Origin: Bacteriovoracia bacterium
GTDB lineage: Bacteria > Bdellovibrionota > UBA1018 > CAIPTA01
Length of the DNA: 64,000 nt
Direction: 5' to 3'
NCBI GenBank assembly: GCA_050246755.1
Contig: JBFWVL010000001.1
Location: 1,184,001-1,248,000 of the forward strand
In this document: positions 57,485-64,000 of the stretch, piece by piece
Layout: each line of letters begins with the position of its first letter
Position numbering within the stretch: position 1 is the first letter of the stretch
Notes under the pieces: generated by a model
What the model was told of the DNA's origin: nothing
Seen by the model: the letters and a program-made list of their open reading frames with translations, nothing else
Databases searched by the model: none
Translations under genes and position numbers: made by a program

Positions 57485-57924
57485 TTCTTCGCCCTTTGAA
57501 TCAAGAGATAATCTTTGTCATACACGCGGCGCTCGTAGTCGGCCATTTCGTAAATATTCGAAAGCTTAATGGCGTCCTTCGGGCAGGCTTCTTCACAAAA
57601 ACCGCAAAAGCAGCAGCGTAAGATATCGATTTCGAATTTCACGGGATACTTCTCTTTATTGGCGCGCTCGCCGGCTTCAATGTGAATGCAATCGGCGGGG
57701 CAAATCGTGGGGCAAAGCATGCAGGCCGTGCAGTTCTCCACGCCATTTACGGTTTTGATGTAATGCTGGCCACGGTAACGCGGAGAATAACTACGGCGCT
57801 CCTCGGGATATTGGTACGTGATGTTTTTTCCGAAAAACCAGAACTTCATCGTGATCAGAAGCCCTTTGAAGAGCTCGATCAAGTAGAAGCGCTGCAGAAA
57901 TCCATGTTCGCGTTTAATCAGCAT
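57481..57924 (-). CDS. nuoI: NADH-quinone oxidoreductase subunit I
   Basis: YPEE, CTACMLC...CP, CCFCGFCEEACP. Confidence 0.95.
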   Translation of the reverse strand: MLIKREHGFLQRFYLIELFKGLLITMKFWFFGKNITYQYPEERRSYSPRYRGQHYIKTVNGVENCTACMLCPTICPADCIHIEAGERANKEKYPVKFEIDILRCCFCGFCEEACPKDAIKLSNIYEMADYERRVYDKDYLLIQRAKK

Positions 57925-57933
57925 AAATTTTCC

Positions 57934-59037
57934 TTAATGCCCGTACATTACGGCGATCGAAACCGCCGTTGCTAGAATATTAATGAGAGCCAAGGGGACC
58001 AAAACTTTCCATCCCAGCCACATCAGCTGATCGTAGCGGAAGCGCGGAAGCGTAAAGCGAACCACGATGAAGAAAAGCATAAAGAGGATTACTTTTAGCC
58101 AGAACGTAAGCACTTGGCCGATCACCACCGCCCAATAGAGCATTTGGTCGGTGAGATGGAAATGGCTCAGGAGCGCGTGCAGGCCGGGGGCTTGCCAGCC
58201 GCCAAGAAAAAATGTCGCCACTAACCCGGAGGCGGTGATCATATGCGCGTACTCGGCCATGAAAAACAGCGACCACTTCATGCCGCCGTACTCCAGGTGA
58301 TATCCGGCCACGATCTCGGCTTCCCCCTCGGGAAGGTCGAAGGGCAGACGGTTGGTTTCGGCGAAAGCGGCCACGATAAAAATCAATGCGGCGAGAGGCT
58401 GATGAAAGATTCCCCAGTTCGGCAGAAAGCTAATCTGCTGGCCGAAGATCATCAGGGGGCCGCCCTGACTAACGGCCATCTCCATTAAGTCTACCGTATT
58501 GTAGTTCATGATGATGGCCACAAGGCTCATCCCCATCGCGAGCTCGTAGCTGATCATTTGGGCCGTGGAGCGAAGTCCGCCGAGCATGGAATATTTATTA
58601 TTAGAAGCCCACGAAGCCACGATGATTCCATATACGGCAAGCGAAGATATCGAAGTGATGTATACGAAGCCCACGTTCATCGAAGAAAGCTGCAGGGAAA
58701 TGATCGTTCCATTTACGTCGATCACCGGACCGAAAGGAACCACGGCGAAGGTCATGAAAGCGGGAACTACGCAAATTCCGGGAGCCAACAAGTAGTACCA
58801 CTTGCGCACGTGACCGGGCACTAGGTCTTCCTTGAAGATAAACTTCACGGCATCGGCGATCGATTGCAGAAGGCCGAATGGGCCCACGCGGTTCGGTCCG
58901 GTTCGATTCTGCATCCAGGAACAGATTCGGCGTTCGGCCCACGCCATTAACGGCGCCACGTGCAGGAGCACTAAAAGCACCATCGCGAGCTTTCCCACCA
59001 TCGCTATCAATAAAATATTCGGAACGGTCATTTCCAC
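57934..59037 (-). CDS. nuoH: NADH-quinone oxidoreductase subunit H
   Basis: ERR....Q.R.GPNRVG, AQMISYE, AETNR.PFDLPE.E.E. Confidence 0.97.
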   Translation of the reverse strand: MEMTVPNILLIAMVGKLAMVLLVLLHVAPLMAWAERRICSWMQNRTGPNRVGPFGLLQSIADAVKFIFKEDLVPGHVRKWYYLLAPGICVVPAFMTFAVVPFGPVIDVNGTIISLQLSSMNVGFVYITSISSLAVYGIIVASWASNNKYSMLGGLRSTAQMISYELAMGMSLVAIIMNYNTVDLMEMAVSQGGPLMIFGQQISFLPNWGIFHQPLAALIFIVAAFAETNRLPFDLPEGEAEIVAGYHLEYGGMKWSLFFMAEYAHMITASGLVATFFLGGWQAPGLHALLSHFHLTDQMLYWAVVIGQVLTFWLKVILFMLFFIVVRFTLPRFRYDQLMWLGWKVLVPLALINILATAVSIAVMYGH

Positions 59038-59040
59038 GAC

Positions 59041-60459
59041 TTAACTCACTTTCCGCGACGATTCGATCAACGCGCCGATCAGGCTCGCGAGGGGCCGGCT
59101 CATGCCGATCGGCTGCGTAACGGCCTGGAAGGTTTGCTGCATTCCCTGATAATTCACGAAAGTTCCGGCTTTTTCGTACGTCGAGAGACCGGGCAATACG
59201 AATTGGTAACCGAGAAGCTCTTCCTTCAAAAACAACCCGATCGCCACCGCTTTTTTCGCTTTCTTCGCCAGCCCGTAAGGGGGGCGCACTTTGCCCGCGC
59301 TCACGAAGAAGCAAAGGTCGAATTTCGCCGGATCGAATTCCGCCGAAGCCTTAAATCCCACGGCTTCGAGTCCCTTCAAATTAGGAGATTTATCTTTACG
59401 GCGCAGCAAGTGATCGAGCGGCTTATCTTCTGAGCTCGAATTCACGGTTGGGCTATAGGAAAAATAGGCGGCGTTTGGAAATGCTTTCTTCAGCGCATGA
59501 GCTTCTTCTTGCGTGGCATCAGCGCACACGAAGAAAGCAATCGACTTGGCGCCATCCATCATTTCTTTTACGGCGGGAAGCGCTTCGTTCCACATCATGC
59601 CCTTAGGATTTCCGCCACGGAGATCCGTAGGCCCCAGTACGCGAGAGGGAGTGTGCACGTGGTGAAAGCCGTAACGGCCTTCATCGCACATCCACCACTT
59701 ATTCACTTCCATATTCACGCGCGGCTCCAGACGGAAAACCACGCCGGAATCCTGCGAACCAAGAATATTACAGCCCTGCGCACAGCCGTCGCATACGCTT
59801 TCGGCCGTTTTGAGATACCACACGCGCTTTTTGAAGCGGAAATCCTTGGTGGTGAGAGAGCCCACAGGGCAAACATCAGCCAGCCCGCCGGCATAAGCAG
59901 TTTGCAGGGGCTTATCATCGATCGTGATGATCTCAGTGCTGTTTCCGCGCTGCTCGGCGATCATTTCGTGGATACCACCCACTTCGTCGCAATAGCGGAT
60001 GCAGCGGGTGCAGTGAATGCAACGATTCATATTCTTCTTGATCGAAGGGCCCATATCCACATCGATAAAGGTACGGCGGAAAAACTGGTTCCGGGTGTCT
60101 TCGGCGCCGTGGTTATAGCTATACTCCTGAAGGCTGCATTCTCCGGCCTGATCGCAAATCGGGCAATCGAGCGGATGGTTAGCGAGCAAAAATTCCTGCA
60201 CGCCACCCACAGATTTTTTTACTTTTTCGGAAGTGGTGGAAATTTTCATTCCATCGGCGCAGGGCGTGGAACAAGCGGTCACCAGTTTCTTCTGGCCCTC
60301 CACTTCCACCAAGCACATTCGGCACTGTGCCACGATCGAAAGACCGTCGTGGTAGCAATAGCGGGGAATATGATTGTTTTTGGCACGGTCGGTAGCCTGG
60401 ATGATCTTCTCACCCGGCTTAAACTCTACCTGCACTCCGTCGACTATAATGTTCGGCAT
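59041..60459 (-). CDS. nuoG: NADH-quinone oxidoreductase subunit G (short form, 472 aa)
   Basis: CYH...CRMC (N1b), HPLDCPICDQAGEC (N5), CIHCTRC (N4), CDGCAQGC...CDEGR (N7). Confidence 0.93.
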   Translation of the reverse strand: MPNIIVDGVQVEFKPGEKIIQATDRAKNNHIPRYCYHDGLSIVAQCRMCLVEVEGQKKLVTACSTPCADGMKISTTSEKVKKSVGGVQEFLLANHPLDCPICDQAGECSLQEYSYNHGAEDTRNQFFRRTFIDVDMGPSIKKNMNRCIHCTRCIRYCDEVGGIHEMIAEQRGNSTEIITIDDKPLQTAYAGGLADVCPVGSLTTKDFRFKKRVWYLKTAESVCDGCAQGCNILGSQDSGVVFRLEPRVNMEVNKWWMCDEGRYGFHHVHTPSRVLGPTDLRGGNPKGMMWNEALPAVKEMMDGAKSIAFFVCADATQEEAHALKKAFPNAAYFSYSPTVNSSSEDKPLDHLLRRKDKSPNLKGLEAVGFKASAEFDPAKFDLCFFVSAGKVRPPYGLAKKAKKAVAIGLFLKEELLGYQFVLPGLSTYEKAGTFVNYQGMQQTFQAVTQPIGMSRPLASLIGALIESSRKVS

Positions 60460-60473
60460 TTTATTCCTTTAAT

Positions 60474-61763
60474 CTAGTGGCTATAGCTCGAGCTTCCAAA
60501 AGGGCAACGCTTCTCGTTCACGTGTTGCTCGTATTCGGTTCGGAATTTTTTCACCATTGAACGCAACGGCCAGGCAGTGGCTTCGCCGAATGCACAGATC
60601 GTGGTTCCGTCCATGTTATTGCAAATGTCTTCGATCAGATCGAGGTCGCCAATATTCCCCTCGCCCCGCTCGAGGCGCAGGTGAAGATCTTTGAGCCACA
60701 TGGAGCCCTCGCGGCAAGGTGTACATTGTCCGCAGCTTTCCACTTGGTAAAAATGCGCGGTGCGGATCGCCACCTTGAGAATACAAGTAGCGTCGTCTAT
60801 TACCATAATGCCGGCCGAGCCGAGCATGGAACCAGCCTTCGCCAAAGAATCAAAATCCAGGTTCACACTGCATTCTTCGGCCGTGAGCACCGGCGAGGAG
60901 GATCCGCCGGGAAAAGCCGCCTTCAGCTTCCGGCCCTTCCAAATTCCCCCACAATCTTCGTTGATCAACTGCATGAGAGGGTAACCGAGGGGACGCTCGT
61001 ATAGGCCAGGACGGTTTACGTGTCCAGAAATACAGAACAGCTTCATGCCGTGATTGCGCTCGGGACCGAACTGCTTGAACCAGGCGGCGCCGCGATTAAT
61101 GATCATCGGAATGCAGGCTAAGGTTTCCACGTTATTCACTACCGTGGGGCAACCGAACAAACCGATAGCGGCCGGGAAAAAAGGAGGCTTGATTCGCGGT
61201 TCGCCCCGCTTTCCCTCGAGGGAATTCAGGAGCGCGGTTTCTTCTCCGCAAATATACGCGCCGGCCCCGCGATGCACGATCATGTCGAGCTGGTATCCCG
61301 TGCCGTTCACGTTTTTTCCAAGCAAACCGGCCTTATAGGCTTCTTCGATCGCTTTATCGAGGATCTTTGCCTCCTTCACGTATTCACCGCGGATATAGCA
61401 GTAAATCATATGAGCATTGATCGCCATCGCGGCGATGATGGCACCTTCGATCATGAGATGAGGCTGGTAAGCCATGATCGCGCGATCCTTAAAAGTGCCG
61501 GGCTCAGATTCGTCGGCGTTGATCACGAGATACTTCGGTTTATCTGAATTCTTCGGAATGAATCCCCATTTCGTGCCGCAAGGAAATCCGGCGCCCCCGC
61601 GCCCGCGAAGGCCGCTTTCCTTTACCTCGGCCAAAACTTTTTCTGGCCCCATTTCCACGGCCTTCGGAAGAGCCGTATAACCCGATTCATTCTTTTTATA
61701 GGCGTCGAGGCCTTCCACACCGGCCTGGCCGTAATATTTAGAGAATACGATTTCCTGCTGCAT
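60474..61763 (-). CDS. nuoF: NADH-quinone oxidoreductase subunit F
   Basis: GRGGAGF, NADESEPG, GAGAYICGEE, SCGQCTPCREG. Confidence 0.98.
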   Translation of the reverse strand: MQQEIVFSKYYGQAGVEGLDAYKKNESGYTALPKAVEMGPEKVLAEVKESGLRGRGGAGFPCGTKWGFIPKNSDKPKYLVINADESEPGTFKDRAIMAYQPHLMIEGAIIAAMAINAHMIYCYIRGEYVKEAKILDKAIEEAYKAGLLGKNVNGTGYQLDMIVHRGAGAYICGEETALLNSLEGKRGEPRIKPPFFPAAIGLFGCPTVVNNVETLACIPMIINRGAAWFKQFGPERNHGMKLFCISGHVNRPGLYERPLGYPLMQLINEDCGGIWKGRKLKAAFPGGSSSPVLTAEECSVNLDFDSLAKAGSMLGSAGIMVIDDATCILKVAIRTAHFYQVESCGQCTPCREGSMWLKDLHLRLERGEGNIGDLDLIEDICNNMDGTTICAFGEATAWPLRSMVKKFRTEYEQHVNEKRCPFGSSSYSH

Positions 61764-62236
61764 TAGCGGAACTCCTCAAGCACTTTATCGAGCTGTTTCT
61801 CATCGAAATTCTCGTGGTAGTCGTCGTTGATCTGGCAAACCGGCGCCGTGCCGCAAGATCCGAGGCACTCCACTTCGGAAATAGTGAACATTCCATCCTT
61901 GGTGGTACCACCCAGAGAAACACCGCACTTCTTTTCCGCGCGGTGAATGAGGTCTTCGGAGCCGCGCAGCCAGCATGCGATGTTATTGCAAAACTGGAGG
62001 TTATACTTGCCCACCGGCTTGGTGTGGAACATGTGATAAAACGTAACCACTTCTTTCACCCGCGTTTTCGGAATCGCGAGAAAATCGGCCACATCTTGCA
62101 TCGTATCGTCGGAGATCCAGCCGCGGTCTTTTTGGGCCGCATGCAGAGCCGGTAAGAGCATGGCTAGCTTATTGGGATACATTCCTTGAATGCGGTCCAT
62201 CTCGGCGTAAAATTCGTTTCCAAATTTCTTTTCCAT
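61763..62236 (-). CDS. nuoE: NADH-quinone oxidoreductase subunit E
   Basis: TFY, C....C, ECLGSC..AP. Confidence 0.96.
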   Translation of the reverse strand: MEKKFGNEFYAEMDRIQGMYPNKLAMLLPALHAAQKDRGWISDDTMQDVADFLAIPKTRVKEVVTFYHMFHTKPVGKYNLQFCNNIACWLRGSEDLIHRAEKKCGVSLGGTTKDGMFTISEVECLGSCGTAPVCQINDDYHENFDEKQLDKVLEEFR

Positions 62237-62237
62237 A

Positions 62238-63479
62238 TTAGCGGTCTAACTCCCCGGCAATAATATTCACGGAACCAATCACGGCGATCACGTCGCCCAC
62301 GTTTTCACCCTTCACCATCTCGTCTACGGGCTGGAACATGAAGAAAGAGGGGGCGCGGATACGCAAGCGGTAGGCCTTGGGACCGCCGCGGCTGATCGCG
62401 TAGAAGCCCATTTCGCCATTTGGGCCCTCCATAGGGCAGTACGCTTCTCCTGGAGGAACATCGAAACCTTCCATGAAAAATTTGAAATGGTGGATCAAGG
62501 ACTCCATCGAATTATAAACGCGTTCCTTTTCCGGAATCTTCACGCGTTTATCGTCGGCCCAGATTGGGCCTTTGGGCATTTTCTGCGCGATCTGGCGGAG
62601 CATGCGGATGGATTCGAAAATTTCCGCCATACGCACCAGATAGCGATCGTACACGTCGCCGCCCTTTGCCACCGGAACGTCGAACTCCAGCTCGCGGTAC
62701 GCAAGATAAGGGCGGTCCCTGCGTAGGTCGATATTTACGTTGGAAGCGCGGAGGCAAGGGCCCGTCATCGAGTAAGCGAGTGCCTGTTCGGCGGTGAAAA
62801 CGCCCACACCGCGGGTACGATCCACCCAGATACGGTTGTTCGTGAGCAGCTTGTCGAGCTCCTTAAAACATCTTTCGGTTTCATCAAGCCAAGCGTTCAG
62901 ACGGGGAATGAAGCCATCGGGCAAATCACCAGAAAGACCGCCCACGCGGGTATAGGTGGTGGTCAACCGTGACCCACAGAGACTTTCGATCAAACTATAA
63001 GCTTCTTCGCGCTGGTGGAATCCGATGAGAAAGTAGGTCATGGCGCCAAGGTCGAAGGCATTGATGCCCACGCAAATGATATGATCAATGATCCGCGCCA
63101 TTTCGCAAACCATCGTGCGAATCCACACGTTGCGCGGAGGAATCTCGATGCCCATGAGCTTCTCGATCGTGGTCACGTAGGCCACGTTATTCTGCAGGGC
63201 CGAACAATAATTCAGGCGGTCCGTATAGGGAATAAACTTATGGTAGGTTTTCACCTCGCCGAGCTTTTCCATCCCGCGATGCAAATAACCGATCTCACAT
63301 TTGCTCTCCTCCACCACTTCGCCGTTGAGCCGGCAAACGATACGAAGCGTTCCGTGGGTCGCCGGATGCTGGGGACCGATATTGATAAGCATCTGCGAAC
63401 TCTCGAAGATATCGCCATTATCGTCGTCTTCGAAGGCATCGCCTTTTCTAGGGAGCTGGAGTCCGGTTAGTTTATCCAT
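62238..63479 (-). CDS. nuoD: NADH-quinone oxidoreductase subunit D
   Basis: NIGPQHPATHG.LR, GYLHRG.EK, DRLNY, GELDR. Confidence 0.98.
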   Translation of the reverse strand: MDKLTGLQLPRKGDAFEDDDNGDIFESSQMLINIGPQHPATHGTLRIVCRLNGEVVEESKCEIGYLHRGMEKLGEVKTYHKFIPYTDRLNYCSALQNNVAYVTTIEKLMGIEIPPRNVWIRTMVCEMARIIDHIICVGINAFDLGAMTYFLIGFHQREEAYSLIESLCGSRLTTTYTRVGGLSGDLPDGFIPRLNAWLDETERCFKELDKLLTNNRIWVDRTRGVGVFTAEQALAYSMTGPCLRASNVNIDLRRDRPYLAYRELEFDVPVAKGGDVYDRYLVRMAEIFESIRMLRQIAQKMPKGPIWADDKRVKIPEKERVYNSMESLIHHFKFFMEGFDVPPGEAYCPMEGPNGEMGFYAISRGGPKAYRLRIRAPSFFMFQPVDEMVKGENVGDVIAVIGSVNIIAGELDR

Positions 63480-64000
63480 TATTCACGCTCCAATACGGTC
63501 TTGGCCGAGCCTGGAGAGCCGATTGTTTTTTCTTTACGCAGCTCGTGCCGCGACATTCTCTCCGCCGATGGATCAAGACCGAAGCTATCGGTGGATGCCG
63601 ATCCCTCGAAGCGCTGGTAGCGCTTAATGGGATAGTCCTTACGCTGGGGATGCCCCACCCAGCGCTCGTCGAGCAGAATGCGGTGCAGGTGGGGATGGCC
63701 CGAAAATCTCACGCCGTACATATCGAACACCTCGCGCTCCAGCCAATTGGCGGCCCTCCAGATGCCCACCACCGAGGGAGTTTCTTCTTCTTCTCTCACC
63801 CGCACCTTAATACGGATGCGGTCGTGGTTCTGCAGGGAAAAAAGCTGGTACACCACCACGAAGCGGTGCGCCCCGCCGGGGTTCTTCAAAGTGCCGAGGC
63901 CGTAGTCCGCGATCTTATCCAGCGGAGGATTATCATCGTAAGCGGTGAGATCAGAAAGGAAGCTGTACTCGAGGCCCTCTTCCGTGCGGATCGACTGCAA
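63479..64000 (-). CDS. nuoC: NADH-quinone oxidoreductase subunit C (5'-truncated by the window edge)
   Basis: ANWLEREVFDMYG..F.GHP.L.RIL, GHP.RKDYP. Confidence 0.95.
   Translation of the reverse strand: MQSIRTEEGLEYSFLSDLTAYDDNPPLDKIADYGLGTLKNPGGAHRFVVVYQLFSLQNHDRIRIKVRVREEEETPSVVGIWRAANWLEREVFDMYGVRFSGHPHLHRILLDERWVGHPQRKDYPIKRYQRFEGSASTDSFGLDPSAERMSRHELRKEKTIGSPGSAKTVLERE

Noticed and set aside
59497-60477. 326-aa + strand ORF opposite nuoG
   Set aside because: Antisense shadow of nuoG; no recognisable domain.

Overview
Mostly core chromosome of a moderately GC-rich Gram-negative bacterium. The gene content and order (rpsU-yqeY-dnaG-rpoD, maeB-ridA, nadK-recN, hemW-grpE-dnaK-dnaJ, fliD-fliS, a 14-subunit-type nuo operon, many RDEFLSIASHE-type histidine kinases) suggest Bdellovibrionota or a related 'delta'-lineage; this is inference, not a database result. 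About 25-64 kb is housekeeping. About 1-25 kb is more accessory: xdhABC, two-component clusters, two divergent secreted peptidoglycan amidases, OppA, an S66 peptidase, tRNA-Ile2(CAU), and a LysM/beta-barrel gene coupled to a glycine-rich lipoprotein gene. I found no CRISPR array, integrase, transposase or recognisable defence system. The best leads are (i) the LysM2-beta-barrel plus Ig/glycine-rich lipoprotein pair, a possible two-gene surface-display system; (ii) degenerate direct repeats resembling the tRNA 3' end that partition the DNA downstream of tRNA-Ile2 into integrase-less cassettes; (iii) a hairpin-bounded divergent amidase module; and (iv) regulatory oddities: apparently leaderless accessory genes, an IscR/Rrf2-like operator on an S41 protease promoter, and no hrcA/CIRCE. 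None is proven novel without database searches.
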